This document shows positions 26,822 through 39,230 of a stretch of DNA of 64,000 nucleotides, in pieces; positions within the stretch are counted from its first letter, which is position 1, and every line of letters starts with the position of its first letter. The position numbers were made by a program, and so were the translations under genes. The notes under the pieces were generated by a model. It saw nothing but the letters and a program-made list of their open reading frames with translations. It was not told the DNA's origin and did no database searches. The DNA is from Octopus sinensis (Eukaryota): NCBI RefSeq assembly GCF_006345805.1, contig NC_042998.1, positions 188,108,001 through 188,172,000 on the forward strand, in the 5' to 3' direction.

Positions 26822-27882
26822 ATTTCGGAAAGAAAATTTCTAACGAGGCATCGTGCCCATCAGCCATCTGCGGACACTGATCGCCTATACATGAAGGGAG
26901 CAAATGGAGTAAGAGGATTGAAAAATGTGGAAGACAGCATGCGTATCGAACTCGAGACCTTAATGAGATACCTAGCCCAAAGTAAGGAAATGTTACTAGA
27001 GACAGTTAGGAACAAGGAAGTATTGAAAGCAGAGAAAAAAGAAAAAAACTAAGAAGAAGTGCAAAAAGGATACGAAGAAGAATTACTCATGAAGGGGCTA
27101 CACAACCAATTCCATGCAGCCACAACAGAAGTTGCTGGAAAAAATAGGTGAGAAAGGAACACTAGAAAAAGAGACCGAGAGCACTATACTGGCAGCGCAA
27201 GACCAAGCTTTGGCCACGAACTGAAGGATGAACCTTATCTGTATCTGCAATAGAGTAGATGAAAACATTGCCCATATCACGAACGAATGCTCTAGACTTC
27301 CCGAAACCTCTACAAGTTGTGGCGATACGATGAGATAGCGAAAGTGCTACATTGGAAACTGCGAAAAGTGGGGGCCAGAGAGAGGCAAGAGGTGGTATGA
27401 GTACAAACCGCAGAGAGTGACGGAGTTGCAGACTAGTAAAATCCTCTGGGATTTCCCAATCCAAACAGATCAGGTGCTAGAGCATAACAGACCAGACCTA
27501 GTGGTGGTGGACAAGATGTATCACATATGCTATATAGTTGATGTTGAATGTCCCTTTGACCCACGAATAATCAAGAAGGAAGGCGAAAAGATAGATAAAT
27601 ACAACCCCTCTTAATTACGAAATAGCCCGGCTATGGAGAAGGTGAAAAAAGTGCCAATTATTGTTGGGTCCATGGGAACAGTATCAGAAGGCATCAAGAG
27701 GAATATAAAAGAAATTGGAATAGAGTGCTCAGTAGAATTGTTACAAAAAGTTTGCCTCCTTGGTACGGCTATATAATCAGGAGAGTATTAGATAGTTGAA
27801 AAGAATGGATAGCATGGTACCGTAGGCTGCAGGTAGCAAGCCCGCTACGCATACAAGACTCCAGGAGCTCTAACAAAACCTG
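26822..27882 (+). mobile_element. 5'-truncated R4/Dong-like LINE (post-RT, CCHC remnant, RLE)
   Basis: DRLYMKGANGVRGL, ETESTILAAQDQAL, ILWDFPIQTDQVLEHNRPDLVVVDK...IVDVECP, VPIIVGSMG...QKVCLLGT. Preceded by (TAC)n(TAA)n. Confidence 0.9.
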
Positions 27883-28014
27883 TTATTATTTCTCCGGCTA
27901 ATAGCACTAACAATCCTTCTGTTCTGCTGTCAGTTATGGGAGACATCTGCCAAGAGGTCACCAAACAAATCTGGCATAAACACAAGAGAAATCATAATAA
28001 TGATGAAAATGGTT

Positions 28015-28197
28015 TTAAATTTTGGCACAAGGCGAACAATTTCAGGGGAGAGAATAAGTCCATTAAATCAACTCTAGTGCTCAACTAGTTCTTATTTTAT
28101 CGACCCCGAAAGGATGAAAGGTAAATTCGACTTCAGCAGAATTTGAACTGAGTATGTAAAGCATTTTGCCCGACGTGCTAATGATTCTGCCAGCTCG
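28015..28197 (-). mobile_element. Degenerate family A SINE
   Basis: tttatcgaccccgaaaggatgaaagg...ctgccagctcgc. Confidence 0.8.
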
Positions 28198-28199
28198 CT

Positions 28200-28264
<65 letters not shown>

Positions 28265-28265
28265 A

Positions 28266-28317
<52 letters not shown>

Positions 28318-28355
28318 TGATGATGATGATGATGATGATAATTATTATTATTATG

Positions 28356-28393
<38 letters not shown>

Positions 28394-28402
28394 TATAATT
28401 AT
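28200..28402. repeat. (TAA)n/(TGA)n microsatellite
   Basis: Directly visible. Confidence 0.95.
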
Positions 28403-28738
28403 TGTTTCGTAAACAAAACTAGTCAGAGGAACGGATATGTTTTGATTGTATTAGATTTCTAAAGAGAAGTATATTGCAGTGTCACATACGTAATATCCTG
28501 TGTTGAAAAACATCAATCAACAGGGTTATCAACGCAATTTGAATACAAGGAAATACCTTCAGAGGTATCCATGTGTAAAAATAGCAAGCATGGGCGATAT
28601 TCCCTACAATTACAGCTAGTCCATATTTTTTGAATATTAAGAAAATAGATTTCAGAGAGAGGTATTACATACATACATACACATTTCCATATATATAGAT
28701 ATACATGATATATATATATATAGAGAGAGAGATAGATA

Positions 28739-28810
<72 letters not shown>

Positions 28811-29189
28811 GTGTGAGTGACGATGTAGGAGAAGTATTCATCTCTGCATGAGTTGGTAAATACTTTCCTTTAATAGAATTCATTGATTTTGTGTGGATAT
28901 ATTAGTAGTTATTTAACCAGAATTGAATAATAGATGAGTATCTACAAACCAAGTGAAACTAAAGGAGAAACAGTAATATGATTACTCACCTTTACTTTAC
29001 ATATATTTATTGTCTTACTTATTATCGGTTCATGATTTTTGATATCCTGTATCCTCTGTAATCTCACAAAGTCTTATGCTGTCCCTCTCAGCACTTAAAT
29101 GGCAGAGTTGTCATCCATTACGCAAACTAGATTGAATATTTATGAATATATTAGCCCGAAACCTATGGTAACGAACTACTTATTTCTGT

Positions 29190-29224
<35 letters not shown>

Positions 29225-29309
29225 AATCGCAAAAGAAACGCGAGACGTGTGTGACTGAAATATGTTTTAATTTCATTGTCAGAGATAAATTTTGATAAAT
29301 CTGATAAAG

Positions 29310-29840
29310 TCAATTTCTTGGATATACTCAGCCCAATTGTATCCAATTCCCATTGCAGATGTGCAATATTTTCAGGATTTAGTATTGTCTGAGAGACTTA
29401 TGTGTCATCTGCATAGCTAGCAAGGGTGACCATTTTAGCAATTGAGGGCATGACTGAAAGAGCCCCTATAACAGCTGTGGCCCCAAGGCAGTGCCCTGTG
29501 GAACACCACTTGTTATTTGTGTTTCCTTCGAGGTAGCTCCATTGGTCACCACTGCCTGCCTTCTATCTTTTAGGAAGTTGTGCAGCCACTCTAGTTTTCT
29601 GCATATGCCGAGATCACGGAGTTTGTGACAGATCATACCATGGTCGGCTTTATCAAAGGCTTTTGCAAAGTCGAGATATATCACATCCACACTTGAGTCA
29701 TTTAGTAGCTGTTTTAACACCCAGTCATAGTGTTGCAGGAGCTGTGTTAGACAGCTTCTACCTGGTCGAAATCCATCCTGGGTGTCACTCAGGAAGTAAT
29801 TTTCTTCAAGGAACATGATTAGTTTCTTGCAGACTATTCG
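29310..29840 (-). mobile_element. CR1/L2-group LINE RT fragment
   Basis: QDGFRPGRSCLTQL...VIYLDFAKAFDKADH...SGVPQGTALGP, then ASYADDT at ~29401-29421 after a frameshift. Confidence 0.9.
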
Positions 29841-29883
29841 GAAATATATATATGTATATATATATATATATAATATATATATA

Positions 29884-29923
<40 letters not shown>

Positions 29924-29972
29924 AAACAAGTCAAAAATAGAAAATGCTAAGATAATTTTATAGTGAATCTTT

Positions 29973-30010
29973 CAGTACCGGTTTCGGTCATTTTGAGACC
30001 TTTTCAACTG
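29973..30010 (-). ncRNA. Type I hammerhead, U3-A8 variant (left arm copy)
   Basis: CAG-TTGAAAA-GGTC-TCAAAAT-GACC-GAAA-CCGG-TA-CTG. Confidence 0.75.
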
Positions 30011-30548
30011 TAACGATTAAATAATTAAATTTAGAAAAATTAGAAGAAAAGTTTTTTTAAAAGAATATTTCTATAGTAGTGTTCAGATATAAGTAGCATT
30101 CTGCCTTTCTCTGACTCCCTTGTTTGCACTTGTGTGTTCGGGGTCGTTGTGAGTTCTTGGTAGGGTAGGTGAAGAATAAGGAGGCTGATGTGGAGAGGGG
30201 GCGGGGAAATCTGGGAATGCCTTGATGGTCGTATTCAAAATACGACCATCAAGGCATTCCCAGATTTCCCCGCCCCCTCTCCACATCAGCCTCCTTATTC
30301 TTCACCCACCCTACCAAGAACTCAATACGACCATCAAGGCATTCCCAGATTTCCCCGCCCCCTCTCCATATCAGCCTCCTTATTCTTCACCTACCCTACC
30401 AAGAACTCACAACGACCCCGAACACACAAGTGCAAACAAGGGAGTCAGAGAAAGGCAGAATGCTACTTATATCTGAACACTACTATAGAAATATTCTTTT
30501 AAAAAAACTTTTCTTCTAATTTTTCTAAATTTAATTATTTAATCGTTA

Positions 30549-30585
30549 CAGTTGAAAAGGTCCAAAATGACCGAAACCGGTACTG
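30549..30585 (+). ncRNA. Type I hammerhead, U3-A8 variant (right arm copy)
   Basis: CAG-TTGAAAA-GGTC-CAAAAT-GACC-GAAA-CCGG-TA-CTG; palindromic ACCGGT stem III and GUA triplet. Confidence 0.75.
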
Positions 30586-30687
30586 AAAGATTCACTATAA
30601 AATTATCTTAGCATTTTCTATTTTTGATTTGTTTTTTCATATATATCAACTCGTGTGTTCCTTTCCACCCTTATACATATATATATA

Positions 30688-31193
30688 TCTATATATATAA
30701 AACTCTAGTTGTGTGAGTGTCTGTCCCCTTCGATTTAGATTCCTAACTCCTCCCACATTTTGCGGTGCAGTTTAACCAAATTCGGGTATCTTATAGTCGT
30801 GATTCATATCGAGCCCGTCTGACTATTAGCGCGCGTCAACGATGAGTCTACGATTTTAAAAATAATTTAACATCATTTTTTATTCCATTTTAATGCCTAA
30901 AATGCATCGTGTGTCGATGGCGGCGGAGTTGGCGTCCACGCTCACAGCTGCACCTGTTTGCTTCTCCTCCTTCCCTCCCTCGTGAAGCTGTGGGGAAGGG
31001 AGTGTAAAGAAATCAACGTCGTAATGCGTTGTGAAGGAGACCAGCGTTCTTTTAGAACAACGACTTCATGGCTTGAAGACACCAAAACAAAAATGGCTAA
31101 GAAAGCCCGAATTTATAAGGGAAGTAACTCTCTAAAAATGCTTATATAGTTATTTTCCTTACAAACCCGAGCAACGCCGGGCGATACTGCTAG
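30688..31193 (+). mobile_element. Non-autonomous Helitron
   Basis: A|TC 5' end, subterminal hairpin CCCG(A)GC-AAC-GCCGGG, CTAG|T 3' end, no TSD. Confidence 0.85.
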
Positions 31194-31210
31194 TATATAT
31201 ATATATATAT

Positions 31211-31279
<69 letters not shown>

Positions 31280-31436
31280 CATATATATATACTGATAGAA
31301 ATGGTAAGGCATCAAAGGAATGAAAGAGACCTCGATATTATGTAGAGGAATTTATCTGTAAATATAATATATGACAATTATTCGGTAGCCATGATAAAAC
31401 TCCGAGTTTCGGATGCCGGAGCGGAAACCCCCGACA

Positions 31437-31837
31437 TCTTTATATATAAAAGTGAAGTTGTGCTGTCTGTCTCCTACGATTTAGATTCCTAACTACTCCC
31501 ACATTTTGCGGTGCAGTGTAACCAAAACCGGGTATCTTATAGTCGTGATTCATATCGAGCCCTTCTGGGTATTAGCGCGCGTCTACGATGAGTCTACGAT
31601 TTAAAAAATAATTTAACATCATTTTTTTCCATTTTAATGCATTTTTTCGCTATTATATAAGGGAAGTAACTCTCTAAAAATGTCTACGATGAGTCATCGA
31701 TTTTTAAAAAAATTTACCATCATTTTTTTTCCCCATTTTTAATGCATCTTTTTGCTATTTTTTGGCAATAACTCTCTAAAAATGCTTATATAGTTATTTC
31801 CCTTACAAACCCGAGCAACGCCGGGCGATACTGCTAG
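31437..31837 (+). mobile_element. Non-autonomous Helitron, same family, different internal structure
   Basis: A|TCTTTATATATAAAA...identical hairpin, CTAG|T; internal ~100-bp tandem duplication. Confidence 0.85.
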
Positions 31838-31860
31838 TGTATATATATATATATATATAT

Positions 31861-32586
31861 ATAACTAATGTAGGATAAAATTCTTTTCGGGAAAAAAATT
31901 TCATCAATGGCCAGCATATCAAAAAATACCTTTAAAGGTTAAATTTATAAATAATTTACAATATAAAGGCAAAAGAAAAATTCTAATGCCAAATATGCCG
32001 AAAAAAAAGACAAAAATTGTCAATTAACCATTATAATTTATGCGTCTCGAAACAAACCGATAGAAATTTCTAAAAAATTCGTTATTACCGTATTGGACCA
32101 ATTTCGGAGTTAATTCATAAGAATTTTCTCCTCTTCAGCGGCAAATACGCGAGGTATAAGTGAAATACTTACTCATACCCATGGAAAAAGCAAACACCAA
32201 GTCCTGAGCAGACCTAAGTACCCCAAATATATCCAAAATAGAAAATCTTCGGCACGTCTCGAGACACGTGTGATTCGAACTAGAAACTTTCACAGAGTGA
32301 TAGAATCCGGAAGTGAACACTATTCAAATTTATAACTAATGTAGGATAAAATTGTTTTCGGGAAAAAAATTTCATCAATGGCCAGCATATCAAAAAATAC
32401 CTTTAAAGGTTAAATTTATAAATAATTTACAATGTAAGGGCAAAAGAAAAATTCTAATGCCAAATATGCCGAAAAAAAGACAAAAATTGTCAATTAACCA
32501 TTATAATTTATGCATCTCGAAACAAACCGATAGAAATTTCTAAAAAATTCGTTATTACCGTATTGGACCAATTTCGGAGTTAATTC
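31861..32586 (-). mobile_element. Penelope-like partial tandem (pseudo-LTR) fragment
   Basis: ~255-bp near-identical direct repeats at 31861-32116 and 32332-32586; abuts (TA)n; contains a hammerhead. Confidence 0.75.
32085..32144 (-). ncRNA. Canonical type I hammerhead ribozyme
   Basis: TTGCCG-CTGAAGA-GGAG-AA-AATTC-TTAT-GAATT-AA-CTCC-GAAA-TTGGTCCAA-TA-CGGTAA: intact core, 6-bp stem I, stems II and III, AUA triplet. Confidence 0.85.
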
Positions 32587-32696
32587 GCACGCGCGCGCGC
32601 GCACACACACACACACACATATGTATATATACACGTGTGTTTGTGTGTGTGAGTGTGTGTGTGTATATATTTATATATATTTACATACATATATAC

Positions 32697-32749
<53 letters not shown>

Positions 32750-32787
32750 TGTATACATACATGCATAGAAACATATAGTATATATAG

Positions 32788-32829
<42 letters not shown>

Positions 32830-34102
32830 ATATATATAAACATATATACATATATATATACACAGACATACACATATAAACACACACACACACACACACA
32901 TATATATACACACACATATATATATATGGATTGAGAGAGATAGAGAGGGGAGGGAGATCGAGTAAGAGAAAGAGAGAGTGTGTGTGCTAATGATGGAGAA
33001 AGAAACAGTTTCTGTGTATAAGAGTATACGTATTGGTATGTCCGTATAAAAATAATATTACTTAAATTTAGTGGACACCTGGGAAATAATAAAAAAGATA
33101 TATAAACTTATATATTTTCAGCTCTATTAAAATATTAAAACGCTTTCATCTATATATCTTAATGTCACTCTCTTCCGGTTAAATAGAAGGCCAATTTTTG
33201 TAAGAAAAATGTCTATTTTTCTAAATGACTTAATGTAACCCAAGGGAATGAAAGTTTTGCCGGAAGTTGTACTCGAAGCAACGAAGCTAATAGTGTAATG
33301 GCCTTTAATCCAATATTTTACTTTTTCTGCCAAATAAAGAGTGTTGCATTGTTCTAATATTCATCGAACGTAGGCTTAAAAAAAATGGATGATGTCAGCA
33401 GTTAAAAAATATTAATATTCCCGATCTTAGTCATCACAGGAAGAACTAATCACATTTGTTTACTAAACCGAAACTGGTCTCACTAACTTCCGGATGTAAA
33501 AGATGTTGAAAGAAACAAAAAGATCGATAATCTCTGCATACTAACCAAATAACAACGATAGAATGGAATACAAAAAGTGCTATCAAAGAATGCCATCGCT
33601 AATATTCATTCAACATTCATACAGTCATAATTTATCTCAATCCAATCCCGATAGAAGCAACAAACAATGACTTAGGTGTATCTACAAGAGGTAGTAGCTA
33701 TTAATCAGAGCATTCCAAGCTGCATCTGGTTGCTCAGGCATAAACAAACATGCAAACAAACATACGGAAGTCACAAACATGCATGTGGGCACAAAGGCGC
33801 ACAGTCAGAAATATATAGACAAGCACAAATACACTCAGACACATGAACATACACATGTAACGTTAAGTATCAAGCCCAAAAGATAATATTGCATAAAGGT
33901 TCCAATATGTGTAGGCACATGTCTGTTGTATTAATGTACGCGGGAGGTAATTCCAAACTGTGGGGTTCTGGAGAGCAAGGATTAAACACGCTTATATTCC
34001 AAAAAATTCTACTTTCGATTGAGACACTGGAATTATAATTTAAAAAAGCGAGACGAAAGTAAATGTAAAAGTTGGGTCATTTTAAATGGCTGTCTTCCGC
34101 GA

Positions 34103-34123
34103 TGTATGCATGCATGCATATAC

Positions 34124-34154
<31 letters not shown>

Positions 34155-34346
34155 TGTATGTATGTATGTATGTATGTATGTATGTATGTGTATGTATGTA
34201 TGTATGTATGCATGTATGTATGTATGTATGTATGCATGCATGTATGCATGCATGTATGTATGTATGTATGTATGTATGTATGTATGTATGTATGTATGTA
34301 TGTATGCATGTATGTATGTATGTATGCATGTATGTATGTATGTATG

Positions 34347-34380
<34 letters not shown>

Positions 34381-34622
34381 TGTATGTATATATGTATGCA
34401 TGTATGTATGTATGTATGTATGTATGTATGTATGTATGTATGTATGTATGTATGTATGTATGCATGTATGTATGTATGTATGTATGTATGCATGCATGTA
34501 TGCATGCATGTATGTATGTATGTATGTATGTATGTATGTATGTATGTATGTATGTATGTATGTATGTATGTATGTATGTATGTATGTATGTATGTATGTA
34601 TGTATATATGTATGTATGTATG
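34103..34622. repeat. ~520-bp (TATG)n microsatellite
   Basis: Directly visible. Confidence 0.97.
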
Positions 34623-34982
34623 TTTTTAATTATCTAAATTCTTTCTCTGAGAATGGAACTGGTTTCTAACAAAGATACAAAGCTCCATCGTTGGAATGTA
34701 GATATCAAAAACAATGGCAGATATTAAACTTGAGAAAAGACTTGAGTATTTTTAGTGTTCAACTTACAGATTTTTAATAATGTGCCAGTTAGTTAACTGA
34801 TTTCTTTTTCTGAAAACCTAGCTTATCCAGATTGTCACCTAGGCATTTTCTCACAAAGCAATGTGCACCAGTTTTTGATATAAATGTGAATTTATAATCT
34901 GGATATAGAAGCTGGAAGCTTCGAAGCAGTTGTACTTAGTATTCCTGCTGGAGGTTTTGAGGAAGTTGTCCATAGTTATCCT
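34623..34982 (-). mobile_element. Short 3' fragment of the (CATA)n-associated R4-like LINE
   Basis: QLLRSFQLLYPDYKFTFI and the 3' UTR are homologous to 35349-35670. (CATA)n on both sides; ~60 bp repeated at 35172-35232. Confidence 0.8.
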
Positions 34983-35088
34983 TATGTATGTATGTATGTA
35001 TGTATGTATGTATGTATGTATGTATGTATGTATGTATGTATGCATGTATGCATGTATGCATGTATGTATGTATGTATGTATGTATGTA

Positions 35089-35139
<51 letters not shown>

Positions 35140-35348
35140 ATGTATGAATGCATGCATGCATGTATGTGTGTGAAGCAGTTGTCCTTAATATTCCTGCAGG
35201 AGGTTGTGAAAAGGGTGTCCATAGTTATCCTTATGTATGTATGTATGTATGTATGAATGTATGTGTGTATGCATGTATGTATGTATGCATGCATGTATGT
35301 ATGGATGCATGTATGTATGTATGTATGTATGTATGTATGTATGTATGT

Positions 35349-37345
35349 CTCTTCTATTTTTAATTATTATAAATCTTCCACTGAGGAGGAAGCCGGTTTC
35401 CAACAAAGATACAAGGCTCTCTCATTGGGATGTAGTTAACACAGATAAATTCACTTACGTCTTGCATATTTTTACAGTTCCACTCACAGATTGCACTTGT
35501 AACGTACGAATTAGCCAGTCGATTTCTCTTTCTGAAAATTCCAGTTTATCCAGATTCTCCTTTAAGCATTTACCAACAAAGCCTAGTGCTCCAATTATTA
35601 TTGGTATGAATATGAATTCATAGTCTGGATATATAAGCTGGAGGATATATAAGCGGTTGTCCATGGATATACTCTTTTTCTTTGATTTTCTAAGAGATAT
35701 TTATATCTGCAGGGCGGCCGACCTCTAAGATAGTACATACCTTTGCCCTTCTGTCCCAAATAATAATATCAAGCCTGCTATGTTTACATTTGACAGAAGT
35801 TTTGATGGGAATATTCCACCAATATCCCTTGAGTTTGTGTTTATGAATGTATTCCATGACAAGGATTTTCTAAGTTTATTTCAGGACAGTCTTTTTTCAG
35901 ATGGTATTGTAAACTGTTTTAGCAACAACATCGTGCCGCAGAGGGAGGAAGTACCGTGATGACATTTTAGGACAGCTGCTAATCACATGCGTAATGTCTT
36001 CCACTGATACATGACATAGCCTACACATGCGGTTGCACCTTGGGATTGCAAGAGTGTCACTGTCTTTCTTGTTCACCAGGTACTGTGTGGCAATCTCCTG
36101 TTTCTGGATTGCAAATGCATAGCTTTCAAAGTGTGATGTGACGTAGTTGTCTTGTGTCCAAGAGAGGTTGCACGTCGAGTCAATTCTAGTGCCTTCTTCA
36201 AGCTTCCGGGCAACATACATATGCATAATCTGCTTTTTTGTAAGTTGAGCGCTTTCCATCTAAGTCTTCTCTGAGGTAAGAGAGCCCAGCTGTTTTGCGG
36301 CTGATTAGGAAACCATCAGGAAGAAAATGTTTCTTGAGGAGTTCACTACCAACTCGTACAATGTTGCTCCCTTCACTTTTCAGCACTGCATTTATGTATT
36401 TATTTTTGCTGGTGTTGTTTAGCAGGTGCATTCGAAGGCCGTCTGTACTGATCTCAGGCCTCTACCACCTTCGTTTCTTCTTAGTTAGAACCTGTCAACA
36501 TCACTGTTTCTGTGGAAGTTGTCAGCTATTGTCAGAATTTATCGGGTTTTGATATCTATAGAGTGGATTTCCTCTACAGACTAATCAAGTATCACAAATG
36601 TTGGGATCAGCATTAGTACTGAAAATGCATTGTGGGATTTTGTTTTGATGTAAGAAGAGAGTTCCAATTGCCATATTTTCCTAAGTCTTGTGTAAAAATT
36701 CTCGGGTTACTCTATCTTTATTCACAGTGTCTTCATATGATACGTTTTCATCTATGCCTAGGAACTTGTAACATTCTTTGTGTGGAATGGGAGAGATACA
36801 GAGACCGTTGAAGCACAGGTTTTGGGTTTGGGGTACTGAATTTCCTCGTTCTATAACAAAATACGAACATTTCTTTTGGCCAAATTCCATGCTTATATCA
36901 TCTGAAAATGTTATTAATTTCGTTTTTTTTTTGGCATTGTTAACATTTTTAGAATAAATCTTCAGGTCATCTACAAAGAAATTATGAGTTACATTGACAT
37001 TTCTAGGTGTTGAAGATCCTAACATGTAACCATTTGTTTTCTGCAGTAGGAACGATAATGAATTCAGTGCCAACATGAAAAGAAATACAAAAAGACTACC
37101 TCCCAGGAATTTTCCTTTGAAATGCCTATGCTATTAGAAACAATTATTCCGTTCTCAGTTGTAAGGGTAAGAACTATTGTCCCTGTCTTTGTGAGTCTCT
37201 ATAGTAGCAATTAAGGTAGGTGTAGGCACTTCAACAGCCATGAATGAGGGATAGAGTCAAATGCCTCCTTTTAGTCAGCCATACTCTCGCAAGGTTTCTA
37301 CGTTGTTTTCTTACTTCAGACAGTACAGTTTTGTTTATCAAAAGT
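35349..37345 (-). mobile_element. 5'-truncated R4/Dong-like LINE (RT, CCHC, RLE), frameshifted, embedded in (CATA)n
   Basis: QLLINKTVL..., THNFFVDDLKIY...MEFGQKKC...YKFLGI, CRLCHVSVEDITHVISSC...RHDVVAK, IPIIIGALG. Confidence 0.92.
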
Positions 37346-37455
37346 TGTATGTATGTATGTATGTATGTATGTATGTATGTATGTATGTATGTATGGATGT
37401 ATGTATGTATGTATGTATGTATGTATGTATGTATGTATGTATGCATGCATGCATG

Positions 37456-37489
<34 letters not shown>

Positions 37490-37509
37490 TGTATGTATGT
37501 ATGTGTATG

Positions 37510-37543
<34 letters not shown>

Positions 37544-37581
37544 TGTATGTATGTATGTATGTATGTATGTATGTATGTATG

Positions 37582-37615
<34 letters not shown>

Positions 37616-37623
37616 TGTGTATG

Positions 37624-37656
<33 letters not shown>

Positions 37657-37661
37657 GTATG

Positions 37662-37694
<33 letters not shown>

Positions 37695-37699
37695 GTATG

Positions 37700-37732
<33 letters not shown>

Positions 37733-37792
37733 GTATGTATATATGTATGTATGTAGTATGTATGTATGTATGTATGTATGTATGTATGTATG

Positions 37793-37826
<34 letters not shown>

Positions 37827-37834
37827 TGTGTATG

Positions 37835-37867
<33 letters not shown>

Positions 37868-37872
37868 GTATG

Positions 37873-37905
<33 letters not shown>

Positions 37906-37910
37906 GTATG

Positions 37911-37944
<34 letters not shown>

Positions 37945-38066
37945 TGTATGTATGTATGTATGTATGTATGTATGTATGTATGTATGTATGTATGTATGTA
38001 TGTATGTATGTATGTATGTATGTATGTATGTATGTATGTATGTATGTATGCATGCATGTATGTATG
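37346..38066. repeat. ~720-bp (TATG)n microsatellite with periodic TG/TA interruptions
   Basis: Directly visible. Confidence 0.97.
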
Positions 38067-38699
38067 TGTTCGTGCATGTGTGAGTATGTGTGTGCGTGCG
38101 TGCGCGTGTGTATTTCTAGTGTCAACATGCTGTTATGCTAGGACAGAAACCATGGTACAGGGTAAATGTTCGGTATGATGTATTATGGCATAGTTACACC
38201 GCAAATATATGGTACTGTCAGATCTGAAGATCCCTTCAGCCATTTGGGCAATCTTCTGCATTCCCATATAAGCTCAGTTGCCTTTAGTTTATAATTGTCA
38301 TTGAGTATATTCTACGAGAAGGGAGCAGTGTTCACTTCGAAAAAAACTAAAAGCAAAAAAAGAACAAAATGCAAAAACTTCCGCTCGCATCTACGTATTA
38401 TCTACTCAAATTCAGTATCTCATTTGTCCACTTACAACATGAAAGAGAAATAGGAAAAGAAAAATGTAGTGCATGCAGACATAAATACTCGAATTGGTGA
38501 CGGGCGTACAGGGAGACTGCTCGAATCGATAGACCGACCTCTTGCTGTAGTTACATGTGTCAGGATAGGGAAAAATCCAATCTGCTCGTAACTTGCCGGC
38601 AACACTGCGTGTCTCCTGATTGATAGAACCCCAACTAAGGGTAAAATATTATTCTTAGTGTGGCGGTTGATGTATCTCGCATGTCTGCGACCACGAAAT

Positions 38700-39230
38700 A
38701 TCGAAATTGCTTAACTAGGCTCGTTGATGGCATATTTATTGTGACAGATATGGACGAATAGGCTGATAGATTTGAAAACGATCTTGAAAATAATTCTATT
38801 CTCACCTTTACAATGTAACATAGGTCTACCAATGCCTTCTGAATATCAAAAAACTGAGGCCATCAACTTTCCTGTAGATGAAATCATCTAAGCCTTCTTC
38901 GGAGCATGTGAGGAAGGGTGTTTTCACAGCATGGATTGTCTCTTTGTCTCTGCCTCAAAGTGATGAAACCAACATTCATCCCTGGGCAAGGAAACATTCA
39001 AAAGAAACCAGCTGGATCCATCTCAAACAATGTCAGATTTTCCCGTGATGTGATCAGCCTGGTACGCTTTTGATCAGGTGTCAGAAAACGTGGCACCCAC
39101 CGAGCAGAAACCTTCGTCATGCCAAGTTCATTTCTCAAAATTCTGACGGGATATGTTAATAGCATTGGCTATTTGATTTATAGTCTATTGCCTGTCATCT
39201 ATCAGCATGTTGTGAACACGATTAATGTTT
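38700..39230 (-). pseudogene. Fossil mariner transposase fragment
   Basis: ELGMTKVSARWVPRFLTPDQKRTRL... then DECWFHHFEAETKRQSM...KKA...GKLMASVF (WVPxxL motif and first catalytic-D region), with stops. Confidence 0.9.

Larger units (their letters stand above)
29917..30675. mobile_element. ~730-bp palindromic Penelope-like pseudo-LTR insertion in (TA)n
   Basis: Left arm 29917-30235, 3-nt loop CAA, right arm 30239-~30644 with an 85-bp tandem duplication (30239-30323 / 30324-30408) and a ~30-bp extension on the right arm only. Confidence 0.8.

Noticed and set aside
34019-38178. Long MYVC/IHTY ORFs
   Set aside because: Translations of (TATG)n.
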